From Macrostomum lignano (lineage: Eukaryota): a stretch of DNA of 64,000 nt. Location: the NCBI GenBank assembly GCA_002269645.1, contig NIVC01002085.1:1-64000 (forward strand). Reading direction: 5' to 3'. The position numbers were made by a program, and so were the translations under genes. Below, in pieces: positions 11,421-23,237 of the stretch (the stretch's first letter is position 1; every line of letters starts with the position of its first letter). The notes beneath the pieces are model-generated. The model was given only the letters and a program-made list of their open reading frames with translations. It was not told where the DNA came from and did no database searches.

Positions 11421-12374
11421 CCTTTGCCTTAGGCATTCTCCAAGCAATTCGAAAGCAATGTGCTTATTGAATTTCGTATGCATAAGTTTCATATGCGCGC
11501 TAAAATGACTGACGAAAAAATTACAATAAAATGTAAAACTATCATCAAAAAATAATATAATTTAAATATTTATTGCAATGGCAATGCTTTTTTATTTGCT
11601 GTTTAAGTGCAATTGGAGCAGAAATGTTTTTACTTTGTTTATACACTAACTATTTAGAGGCAATCCGGAGTGAATTAATTTAAATTTCGGAACTGAACCG
11701 AGAACTAAAAATCCGGTCATAATACATAGCAGTATCAGCACTCTGAGAAAGAAGTTCTCGAACATTCTTTATCTTAGCCCCATGCTTCTAAAGTATTAAT
11801 TGAACGATTCAATTTTTAGGCAGCAAAGTTTCGTTTCATTTTTATTAAGTTTTAATCATAACAAACCATATTATTAGGTAATTTATTTGTTACCAATCGT
11901 CTCATTTTTAAGTTTAGCAAGGAAGACCGGCTCCGCTCAGTTCCAAAATGAGTTCAATTGCGTTTAGAATCATACGCCTTTTTAATGTGTTATTGCTTTT
12001 CATCTTCTGTTGTAAGTACTTTGATTTTGTTTCGGATTTGTAGGCCTAGCTCTGAATTTGACACTAGACATAGGCCTAGGCCTACTGTCTTGTTTATTAT
12101 CAATATAGTTATAGATAGTAATTTCACAGGTTTATTAATATTAAAAGATTTTTGTTGTTAAACAAAATACTAGGCTCTTGTCTCAACTCTACTAGACTCA
12201 CTTAGTTACAAATATGAATATAGGATGTTAGAACTCTAGCACACAAATTGAAATGTTTGCAATTTAATTAAAATAAGGCAATAATATATTAAATGTGAAT
12301 ATGCGATTTTGCAATTATAAAAGTTATAGGAAATTGTGACAAATTATGTTCTTATTTTACTAGGCCTATTTAAG

Positions 12375-12403
12375 TATAGGGTGCATCAGATAAATTGCAA
12401 CAT
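12375..12403. mobile_element. TIR-like end (tatagggtgcatcagataaattgcaaca) paired with 29028-29056
   Basis: An imperfect reverse-complement copy, atgttgcaatttatctaacacatcctata, lies at about 29028-29056. Confidence 0.55.
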
Positions 12404-12590
12404 GTAATAAGTAACTTTTATTATTTATTACAAAATTAGCTGTCAATGCTTTGTCTTCTCTATCACAAACTGGTTTTTTTTGCCAGAGACAAATTTCAAG
12501 GTGCGATTTTAAGGCTCAAAGTGCAATTTCTCTTGAGTCTTATTTCAAACAACTGGGAATGTATATTTTAATATCTTATATAAGGCTATA

Positions 12591-13500
12591 TAGGGTAAGA
12601 TCTCATCAACCGAACATGAAAGTGTCATTTTTCGACATTCTCTCATAGATAGCAAAAAAAGTTTAATGTGTAATAAAATGAAACTACTCCGAAGTTGTTT
12701 AAAACATTTTTTTCTTTCAAATGAATGTTCGCTTTACTTTATTGCACAAGTAGAAAAAAAGTTATTGATGATTTTATCTCAAAACCGAACGATGATTCTA
12801 GGGTATCTTCAAACCGAACAGGGTATCTGACGTTCGGTTTTTGTGTTTGAACACTAATAACTTTTTTATTTCTCGTTCGTTTTTTCTAAAATATATATCA
12901 TTGTAAAGATTAATTCATACTCTTTCTAAAAAGTATAACTTTCGCTTAGATAAATGTAGAAAAATATTGTTTATCTGCATTTGAATAGAGTACCCCCCAT
13001 TGAATAGAAAAATCGTGAATTTTTACCTTTTTGCCATTTCTTTAAACTCTTTCATGCTAAATTGATAAAAAGCCATATTTTTCTACTTATTTTAGACAGT
13101 CAAATCGGAAAAGCATTAAAGAATTTTTAAAAAACACAAGTTCTTTAAAGCAGAGCTGATACTTTGCCCATTTCGAAATTCTTCTGAAGGACCTACTAAT
13201 GTTTCAGCTTTCAACATAAGCATTTATTTTGGCATTATTACCTTGTTTTTGAAAGAAAAAAGTACCTCTAGTATACTTTTAACCTTTTTTATCATATAGT
13301 TAATATTTTTCAAAACTTAAGGAAGAAGAATAAAGTAAAAGTAAAAAATTGTAAAAAAACGATTTTTTGCAAACAAGTTCTTGTAATTTTATATTTTATT
13401 TTTTCTCATCATACTCGTAAATTTTTACTTCAAGTAGTCGCATGCAAGATGTGAAGAAAAAATGCTGTGGATTCTTAAAATTTTCCAGAAAACCATCACC
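12591..13500. mobile_element. DNA transposon end (TAGGGTAAGATCTCATCAACCGAACA) with CCGAAC subterminal repeats
   Basis: An exact 26-bp reverse complement lies at 28735-28760. accgaac motifs recur in 12600-12850 and 28270-28740. Confidence 0.6.
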
Positions 13501-13739
13501 TCGTTCTCAGACTGCAATCACTGCAACAAGGTGGACCGCCAAAACCATAGGCTCATTGGCTTCATCTGTTTACCCCAGCCTTGTATACATGTAGATTTTT
13601 TGCAAAGACAAGAAAGAAAAAGCTCGCAATAAATATTCAAAATCTACTTATCTACGCTCGTATATATAAAGTAAAAATTATACATGTATACGTACATGCA
13701 GATAGCCATCTGATAATAAACAGCATGAAGTCGACAGAC

Positions 13740-16700
13740 AGGTGGCTGATAGAGAATATATAGGCAGGCCGTTGATAAAGACATAGATGGGCGGCTGATA
13801 GAGATAGAGATAGAGCTGATAGAGATAAGAAAGCTGATAAAGAGGAGAAAGGCAGGCGACTGATAGAGACGAGACAGAAAGGCGGCTGATAGACAGGAGA
13901 TAGACAGGCCGCTGATAGAGAGGAGACAGACAGGCGACTGATAGAGACGAGACAGAAAGGCGGCTGATAGAGAGGAGACAGACAGGCGACTGATAGAGAC
14001 GAGACAGAAAGGCGGCTGATAGAGAGGAGACAGACAGGCCGCTGATAGAGAGGAGACAGACAGGCCGCTGATAGAGAGGAGACAGACAGGCCGCTGATAG
14101 AGAGGAGACAGACAGGCCGCTGATAGAGAGGAGACAGACAGGCCGCTGATAGAGAGGAGACAGACAGGCGACTGATAGAGACGAGACAGAAAGGCGGCTG
14201 ATAGAGAGGAGACAGACAGGCGACTGATAGAGACGAGACAGAAAGGCGGCTGATAGAGAGGAGATAGACAGGCCGCTGATAGAGAGGAGACAGACAGGCC
14301 GCTGATAGAGAGGAGACAGACAGGCCGCTGATAGAGAGGAGACAGACAGGCCGCTGATAGAGAGGAGATAGACAGGCCGCTGATAGAGAGGAGACAGACA
14401 GGCAGCTGATAGAGAGGAGACAGACAGGCATGGTTGATGGAGAGGAGACAGACAGGCCGCTGATAGAGAGGAGACAGACAGGCATGGTTGATGGAGAGGA
14501 GACAGACAGGCCGCTGATAGAGAGGAGACAGACAGGCATGGTTGATGGAGAGGAGATAGACAGGCAGCTGATAGAGAGGAGATAGACAGGCAGCTGATAG
14601 AGAGGAGATAGACAGGCCGCTGATAGAGAGGAGACAGACAGGCAGCTGATAGAGAGGAGATAGACAGGCAGCTGATAGAGAGGAGACAGGCAGGCGGCTG
14701 ATAGAGAGGAGACGGGCGGGTGATAGAGAGGAGACGGGCGGCTGATAGAGAGGAGACGGGCGGCTGATAGAGAGGAGACGGGTGGCTGATAGAGGGGAGA
14801 CGGGCGGCTGATAGAGTGGAGATAGACAGAAAGCTGATAAAGAGGAGACAGGCAGGCGGCTGATAGAGAGGAGACAAGCCGCTGATAGAGAGGAGATAGA
14901 CAAGCGGCTGATAGAGAGGAGACGGGCGGCTGATAGAGAGGAGACAGGCCGCTGATAGAGAGGAGACAGACAGGCCGCTGATAGAGAGGAGACAGACAGG
15001 CCGCTGATAGAGAGGAGACAGACAGGCCGCTGATAGAGAGGAGACAGACAGGCCGCTGATAGAGAGGAGACAGACAGGCGACTGATAGAGACGAGACAGA
15101 AAGGCGGCTGATAGAGAGGAGACAGACAGGCGACTGATAGAGACGAGACAGAAAGGCGGCTGATAGAGAGGAGATAGACAGGCCGCTGATAGAGAGGAGA
15201 CAGGCAGGCCGCTGATAGAGAGGAGACAGACAGGCCGCTGATAGAGAGGAGACAGACAGGCCGCTGATAGAGAGGAGATAGACAGGCCGCTGATAGAGAG
15301 GAGACAGACAGGCAGCTGATAGAGAGGAGATAGACAGGCCGCTGATAGAGAGGAGACAGACAGGCAGCTGATAGAGAGGAGATAGACAGGCAGCTGATAG
15401 AAAGGAGATAGACAAGCGGCTGATAGAGAGGAGACGGGCGGCTGATAGAGAGGAGACGGGTGGCTGATAGAGAGGAGACGGGCGGCTGATAGAGAGGAGA
15501 CGGGTGGCTGATAGAGAGGAGACGGGCGGCTGATAGAATGGAGATAGACAGAAAGCTGATAAAGAGGAGACAGGCAGGCGGCTGATAGAGAAGAGACAAG
15601 CCGCTGATAGAGAGGAGATAGACAGGCCGCTGATAGAGAGGAGACAGACAGGCAGCTGATAGAGAGGAGACAGACAGGCCGCTGATAGAGAGGAGATAGA
15701 CAGGCCGCTGATAGAGAGGAGATAGACAGGCGGCTGATAGAGAGGAGACAGACAGGCCGCTGATAGAGAGGAGATAGACAAGCGGCTGATAGAGAGGAGA
15801 CGGGCGGTTGATAGAGAGGAGACAGACAGGCGGCTGATAGAGAGGAGACAGACAGGCGGCTGATAGAGAGGAGATAGACAAGCGGCTGATAGAGAGGAGA
15901 CGGGCGGCTGATAGAGAGGAGACAGGCCGCTGATAGAGAGGAGATAGACAGGCATGGTTGATGGAGAGGAGACAGGCAGGCCGCTGATAGAGAGGAGACA
16001 GACAGGCATGGTTGATGGAGAGGAGATAGACAGGCAGCTGATAGAGAGGAGATAGACAGGCAGCTGATAGAGAGGAGATAGACAGGCCGCTGATAGAGAG
16101 GAGACAGACAGGCAGCTAATAGAGAGGAGATAGACAGGCAGCTGATAGAGAGGAGATAGACAGGCAGCTGATAGAGAGGAGATAGACAGGCATGGTTGAT
16201 GGAGAGGAGACAGACAGGCCGCTGATAGAGAGGAGACAGACAGGCAGCTGATAGAGAGGAGATAGACAGGCAGCTGATAGAGAGGAGATAGACAGGCAGC
16301 TGATAGAGAGGAGATAGACAGGCAGCTGATAGAGAGGAGACAGGCAGGCGGCTGATAGAGAGGAGACGGGCGGGTGATAGAGAGGAGACGGGCGGCTGAT
16401 AGAGAGGAGACGGGCGGCTGATAGAGAGGAGACGGGTGGCTGATAGAGGGGAGACGGGCGGCTGATAGAGTGGAGATAGACAGAAAGCTGATAAAGAGGA
16501 GACAGGCAGGCGGCTGATAGAGAGGAGACAAGCCGCTGATAGAGAGGAGATAGACAAGCGGCTGATAGAGAGGAGACGGGCGGCTGATAGAGAGGAGACA
16601 GAAAGCTGATAGAGAGGAGACAGACAGGCCGCTGATAGAGAGGAGATAGACAAGCGGCTGATAGAGAGGAGACGGGCGGCTGATAGAGAGGAGACGGGCG

Positions 16701-16995
16701 GCTGATAGAGAGGAGACAGACAGGCAGCTTATAGAGAGGAGATAGACAAGCGGCTGATAGAGAGGAGACGGGCGGCTGATAGAGAGGAGACGGGCGGCTG
16801 ATAGAGAGGAGACAGGCAGCTTATAGAGAGGAGATAGACAAGCGGCTGATAGAGAGGAGACGGGCGGCTGATAGAGAGGAGACAGGCAGCTGATAGAGAG
16901 GAGACGGGCGGCTGATAGAGAGGAGACGGGCGGCTGATAGAGAGGAGACGGGCGGCTGATAGAGAGTAGACGGGCGGCTGATGGAGAGATAGAGA
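13740..16995. repeat. 22-26-bp minisatellite (GCTGATAGAGAGGAGACAGACAGGCC) with higher-order blocks
   Basis: Seen directly. Marker variants such as ctgatagagtggagatagacagaaagctgataaag recur at about 14810 and 16460, with a related variant at about 15530. Confidence 0.97.
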
Positions 16996-17529
16996 GGCCG
17001 TTAACGTAGACTATGAATACAAAGTCAATAATTAGAAGCAAAATTTTTAAGCGTTTCGCGAAGGCAGCAGTAATCCGGATGTCCGATCTCGAAACGATGT
17101 TGCAGATGTCAGTTGATATTGATGAGCCTTGAAAATCAAATGTCTAACGTAGCTAGGGCCAATTGGTTTTTAACCTGATTCAAATATTTTAAACGCATGA
17201 ATGGACGTTGGAAAGTTGATTGGTGCCGCAGGAAAGCAAACAGAAACAGCCAATCCTCATGACTGCGCAAGGAATTCGGCTAACCAATGACAGCACGAGG
17301 AAAACTGGTCATGTCTGCGTAGGCCAAATTTTCTCCTCGTCGTTCAGTTTTTGAAATCTGGATGCAAGAACTTTAGATGGGAATTATCCATCTCTCACTC
17401 TGGCCACATCTATATGTAGCGCTTTTTTATTTACAGTTGGAATCCCAAATTCTGGATCAGCCAAAGGATTTTTTATGCTTAAATCTGCTGACACTGGGAC
17501 TAGAATAAGCCAGCGGATCCTTTCTCCCT

Positions 17530-18755
17530 ATCCACTCCTTTTCCATCCGCCCCTTCCTCTGCATCCGCCCTTCCTCTGCATCTGCCCTTCCTCTGCATCC
17601 GCCCTTCCTCTGCATCTGCCCTTCCTCTGCATCCGCCCCTTCCTCTACACCCGCCCTTCCTCTGCATCTGCCCTTCCTCTGATTCCATCCCTTCCTCTGC
17701 ATCTGCCCTTCCTCTGCATGCATCCCTTCCTCTGCATCCGCCCTTCCTCTGCATGCATCCCTTCCTCTGCATCCGCCCCTTCCTCTACACCCGCCCTTCC
17801 TCTGCATCCGCCCTTCCTCTGCATCCGCCCTTCCTCTGCATCCGCCCTTCCTCTGCATCCGCCCCTTCCTCTGCATCCGCCCCTTCCTCTACACCCGCCC
17901 TTCCTCTGCATCTGCCCTTCCTCTGATTCCATCCCTTCCTCTGCATCCGCCCTTCCTCTGCATGCATCCCTTCCTCTGCATCTGCCCCTTCCTCTGCATC
18001 CGCCCTTCCTCTGCATCCGCCCTTCCTCTGCATGCATCCCTTCCTCTGCATCTGCCCCTTCCTCTACACCCGCCCTTCCTCTGCATCCGCCCTTCCTCTG
18101 CATCCGCCCCTTCCTCTGCATCCGCCCTTCCTCTGCATCTGCCCCTTCCTCTACACCCGCCCTTCCTCTGCATCCGCCCTTCCTCTGCATCCGCCCTTCC
18201 TCTGCATCCGCCCCTTCCTCTGCATCCGCCCCTTCCTCTGCATCCGCCCCTTCCTCTGCATCCGCCCCTTCCTCTGCATCCGCCCTTCCTCTGATTCCAT
18301 CCCTTCCTCTGATTCCATCCCTTCCTCTGCATCCGCCCCTTCCTCTGCATCCGCCCTTCCTCTGATTCCATCCCTTCCTCTGATTCCATCCCTTCCTCTT
18401 CATCCATCCCTTCCTCTGCATCCGCCCCTTCCTCTGCATCCGCCCTTCCTCTGCATCCGCCCCTTCCTCTGCATCCGCCCTTCCTCTGCATCTGCCCCTT
18501 CCTCTACACCCGCCCTTCCTCTGCATCCGCCCTTCCTCTGCATCCGCCCCTTCCTCTGCATCCGCCCTTCCTCTGCATCTGCCCCTTCCTCTACACCCGC
18601 CCTTCCTCTGCATCCGCCCTTCCTCTGCATCCGCCCCTTCCTCTGCATCTGCCCTTCCTCTGATTCCATCCCTTCCTCTTCATCCATCCCTTCCTCTGCA
18701 TCTGCCCCTTCCTCTGCATCCGCCCTTCCTCTGCATCCGCCTCTTCCTCTCCATC
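17530..18755. repeat. 17/18-bp minisatellite (CTTCCTCTGCATCCGCC)
   Basis: Seen directly; it explains the overlapping ORFs at 17457-18880. Confidence 0.97.
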
Positions 18756-19536
18756 TGCTTTTTTCTTTCCATCTGCTCCTTCTAAAAATAAATATCAAAA
18801 TTGAGCAACAGGAGTATGAACGGGATGCTGCATGCAAAGCATGGATTTATCTCTCTCGCTTCATTGCGGTCGCTATTTAGGCCATATCATTTATTTACTT
18901 CGTGGAAAGGGCGTGAAGTTATGACATAATGCTTCTGGCGCTTCGTTAGGCCCATCATGTCTAAAATGTGCGCGAATTGGTTCCAGGCTCACCACGAAGT
19001 GCGAAAACAAACCGAATTTTGCAAAACAGTCGATAGTCAGAGATAAGGATAGGTGGATCATGCCGCCTATTGCCTCAGAAAAGGCCCAGGGTCTGGGATT
19101 CTAGACAATAGACCAATACTTGACTATTGGGTGCGAAAAATCGTGCTTAGAATTTGAGCCTAATCCTACGGACTTAAAATGTGCGAATTTAAATTCGGTT
19201 CCCAGTAAAAATGAATTAATAGACACAGCCCTTATCGCAAACCGTCTGTCACCCAATTTTTCGCACCTACGAGTAAAAAGTAACTCGAAAATCGGCTCAA
19301 TTCGCACACGTTGTCTATGTTTTGGCACGGGTGTGAAGATGGAATTGCCCAAGGCAGCTTCGGCCACTCATCAATTCGTAAAAGGACTGAAAGATTTCAT
19401 ACTTTTTGTTTGCGTAAAAGTTTGCCTACTTTTTCTGGGGCCCTCTTAGGTAAGATTTTAGATAAGCTAAGGTCAAAGTGATTAGATTGGACCCAAAAGC
19501 ACCTTTGAGTATATAAAAGCTATAGCTAGCTAGTCT

Positions 19537-22190
19537 CTTCATCAAACCGGCTGATTCCTTCTCTAACTGTCTCTGTGTATCCCAGCACCTGAGTCTATCA
19601 TGAATTCAGAATGAGCTGAGTTTGGCCTAGCTCAGCATTTTCACTCAAACACACAGAGGACTTGAGAGCCGCTATAATCTTCATCAAACCGGCTGATTCC
19701 TTCTCTAACTGTCTCTGTGTATCCCAGCACCTGAGTCTATCATGAATTCAGAATGAGCTGAGTTTGGCCTAGCTCAGCATTTTCACTCAAACACACAGAG
19801 GACTTGAGAGCCGCTATAATCTTCATCAAACCGGCTGATTCCTTCTCTAACTGTCTCTGTGTGTCCCAGCACCTGAGTCTATCATGAATTCAGAATGAGC
19901 TGAGTTTGGCCTAGCTCAGCATTTTCACTCAAACACAGAGAGGACTTGAGAGCCGCTATAATCTTCATCAAACCGGCTGATTCCTTCTCTAACTGTCTCT
20001 GTGTATCCCAGCACCTGAGTCTATCATGAATTCAGAATGAGCTGAGTTTGGCCTAGCTCAGCATTTTCACTCAAACACACAGAGGACTTGAGAGCCGCTA
20101 TAATCTTCATCAAACCGGCTGATTCCTTCTCTAACTGTCTCTGTGTATCCCAGCACCTGAGTCTATCATGAATTCAGAATGAGCTGAGTTTGGCCTAGCT
20201 CAGCATTTTCACTCAAACACACAGAGGACTTGAGAGCCGCTATAATCTTCATCAAACCGGCTGATTCCTTCTCTAACTGTCTCTGTGTGTCCCAGCACCT
20301 GAGTCTATCATGAATTCAGAATGAGCTGAGTTTGGCCTAGCTCAGCATTTTCACTCAAACACACAGAGGACTTGAGAGCCGCTATAATCTTCATCAAACC
20401 GGCTGATTCCTTCTCTAACTGTCTCTGTGTATCCCAGCACCTGAGTCTATCATGAATTCAGAATGAGCTGAGTTTGGCCTAGCTCAGCATTTTCACTCAA
20501 ACACACAGAGGACTTGAGAGCCGCTATAATCTTCATCAAACCGGCTGATTCCTTCTCTAACTGTCTCTGTGTGTCCCAGCACCTGAGTCTATCATGAATT
20601 CAGAATGAGCTGAGTTTGGCCTAGCTCAGCATTTTCACTCAAACACAGAGAGGACTTGAGAGCCGCTATAATCTTCATCAAACCGGCTGATTCCTTCTCT
20701 AACTGTCTCTGTGTATCCCAGCACCTGAGTCTATCATGAATTCAGAATGAGCTGAGTTTGGCCTAGCTCAGCATTTTCACTCAAACACAGAGAGGACTTG
20801 AGAGCCGCTATAATCTTCATCAAACCGGCTGATTCCTTCTCTAACTGTCTCTGTGTATCCCAGCACCTGAGTCTATCATGAATTCAGAATGAGCTGAGTT
20901 TGGCCTAGCTCAGCATTTTCACTCAAACACAGAGAGGACTTGAGAGCCGCTATAATCTTCATCAAACCGGCTGATTCCTTCTCTAACTGTCTCTGTGTAT
21001 CCCAGCACCTGAGTCTATCATGAATTCAGAATGAGCTGAGTTTGGCCTAGCTCAGCATTTTCACTCAAACACAGAGAGGACTTGAGAGCCGCTATAATCT
21101 TCATCAAACCGGCTGATTCCTTCTCTAACTGTCTCTGTGTATCCCAGCACCTGAGTCTATCATGAATTCAGAATGAGCTGAGTTTGGCCTAGCTCAGCAT
21201 TTTCACTCAAACACAGAGGACTTGAGAGCCGCTATAATCTTCATCAAACCGGCTGATTCCTTCTCTAACTGTCTCTGTGTATCCCAGCACCTGAGTCTAT
21301 CATGAATTCAGAATGAGCTGAGTTTGGCCTAGCTCAGCATTTTCACTCAAACACAGAGGACTTGAGAGCCGCTATAATCTTCATCAAACCGGCTGATTCC
21401 TTCTCTAACTGTCTCTGTGTATCCCAGCACCTGAGTCTATCATGAATTCAGAATGAGCTGAGTTTGGCCTAGCTCAGCATTTTCACTCAAACACACAGAG
21501 GACTTGAGAGCCGCTATAATCTTCATCAAACCGGCTGATTCCTTCTCTAACTGTCTCTGTGTATCCCAGCACCTGAGTCTATCATGAATTCAGAATGAGC
21601 TGAGTTTGGCCTAGCTCAGCATTTTCACTCAAACACAGAGAGGACTTGAGAGCCGCTATAATCTTCATCAAACCGGCTGATTCCTTCTCTAACTGTCTCT
21701 GTGTATCCCAGCACCTGAGTCTATCATGAATTCAGAATGAGCTGAGTTTGGCCTAGCTCAGCATTTTCACTCAAACACAGAGAGGACTTGAGAGCCGCTA
21801 TAATCTTCATCAAACCGGCTGATTCCTTCTCTAACTGTCTCTGTGTATCCCAGCACCTGAGTCTATCATGAATTCAGAATGAGCTGAGTTTGGCCTAGCT
21901 CAGCATTTTCACTCAAACACAGAGAGGACTTGAGAGCCGCTATAATCTTCATCAAACCGGCTGATTCCTTCTCTAACTGTCTCTGTGTATCCCAGCACCT
22001 GAGTCTATCATGAATTCAGAATGAGCTGAGTTTGGCCTAGCTCAGCATTTTCACTCAAACACAGAGGACTTGAGAGCCGCTATAATCTTCATCAAACCGG
22101 CTGATTCCTTCTCTAACTGTCTCTGTGTATCCCAGCACCTGAGTCTATCATGAATTCAGAATGAGCTGAGTTTGGCCTAGCTCAGCATTT
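19537..22190. repeat. Satellite with a 142-bp monomer (some 140 bp), about 19 near-identical copies
   Basis: atcaaaccgg recurs at 19541, 19683 and onwards. Variation is almost limited to acacacagag/acagagag/acagag and one tat/tgt site. Confidence 0.98.
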
Positions 22191-22514
22191 TAACTTTAAA
22201 ATACAGAAACCATTTCGCTCTTTCGCTCTTTCGCGTAATTGACCAGAACAACCAATTAGGGCTAATTACGGTAGTTAGTAATTGATAGCCATAAATCTAG
22301 GATGAGTTCTCGGAGAAAATTAGGAGTTTAGGTACAAATTAGAGTTTATTAAGTTATGTAGATATGTATCTTCAATTACTAATCTTTAAACAAGGTGTTT
22401 TAGGCCTATACGAGTACTATAGGCCTACGTTTTGCTTTAGGCCCTAGTGACTGAAATTTCCGATAGGCCAAATGTATATTTTCTTTCGATATGCCCATTA
22501 ATGTTGGTTCTATT

Positions 22515-22791
22515 TAGTGGCGGTGCAGCCTTGGCGGTGCGCAGTGGCGGCGATGCTGATTAAGGTAAATTCTGTGGATTAAGGGGGGAGGGGCGGTGGT
22601 TGGGTTTTCAAACCCCTCCCTCAGCGAATTTTTAAAATTAGAGTATACGCTATAATCTCACAAAAACGCATACAACGAGCGCTAAAAAACTAATGGTGGG
22701 TCACCCCACGGAAGGATGGTAGGGTGGTCTTAGGAGGGTGGTCACCCGGGGGCAGCAGCCCTCTCTGCCCCCCAACTTGGCGCCGCCACTG
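22515..22791. mobile_element. hAT MITE with 8-bp TSD
   Basis: Starts TAGTGGCGG (a second CAGTGGCGGCG lies at 22542) and ends CGCCGCCACTG. Flanks are gttctatt (22507-22514) and gttgtatt (22792-22799). Confidence 0.75.
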
Positions 22792-23237
22792 GTTGTATTG
22801 ATGAGGCCTAGGCCGACGTACGCGCAATGGTCCTAGTTCTGCGCAAAAATAAGGATATGGAGCCTGGCTGTGGCATGTGAATGTGAGAATTCGCGTTAGT
22901 CATCCAAGAGTAAAAATTCGCGGTCTGGTTCCTATTGGCTGGTTTGAAATCCCACAGCTCAAGTAGGCTGACTCTTACATTGGTAGGCCTAGTATTTCCT
23001 CACTACAGGCCAGCTTTAAAACTAGGCATAGGCTAGCTCTAAGAAGGCTAGGCCCTGAGTATTTATCCAAGTCTTGTTATCATTTAGGCCATTTTAGAAA
23101 TATATCTAGCTGTAGTAAAGCTCTTGAGTAACGCCTATCAATTGACAACCAGCTTTTAAGGTAAAGTACATTAAACTTTTACAATAATATCAAACCTATT
23201 TTCCATTCAATTTTCAAAAAACAGGCTTACAGGGAGT

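Larger units (their letters stand above)
9224..11720. mobile_element. Nested DNA transposon with ATGACCGGATTTT TIRs and an 8-9-bp TSD; possibly an hAT derivative
   Basis: Starts atgaccggatttt at 9224 and ends aaaatccggtcat at 11720. AATACATAG is duplicated at 9215-9223 and 11721-11729. SNAEMERF at 9409-9432 resembles the hAT dimerisation motif SxAxxERxFS. Confidence 0.65.
7562..11727. mobile_element. MULE/Foldback-like DNA transposon with about 190-bp TIRs and a 9-bp TSD, interrupted at its right terminus
   Basis: 7562-7755 is the reverse complement of about 9028-9221. AGCAGTATC occurs at 7553-7561 and 11728-11736. A partial extra TIR copy lies at about 8850-8930. The remnant KKSTNFWTVRAACKMQGCKRELTFVMK is at about 8708-8790 (+). 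Confidence 0.75.

Noticed and set aside
13644-18880. Very long ORFs (745-1129 aa and the 17.5-18.9 kb set)
   Set aside because: Multiple frames are open at once over minisatellites, with no splice signals or unique coding context.
19537-22190. CRISPR array or hammerhead satellite
   Set aside because: There are no unique spacers and no cas genes, the context is eukaryotic, and no CUGANGA-stem-GAAA core is present on either strand.
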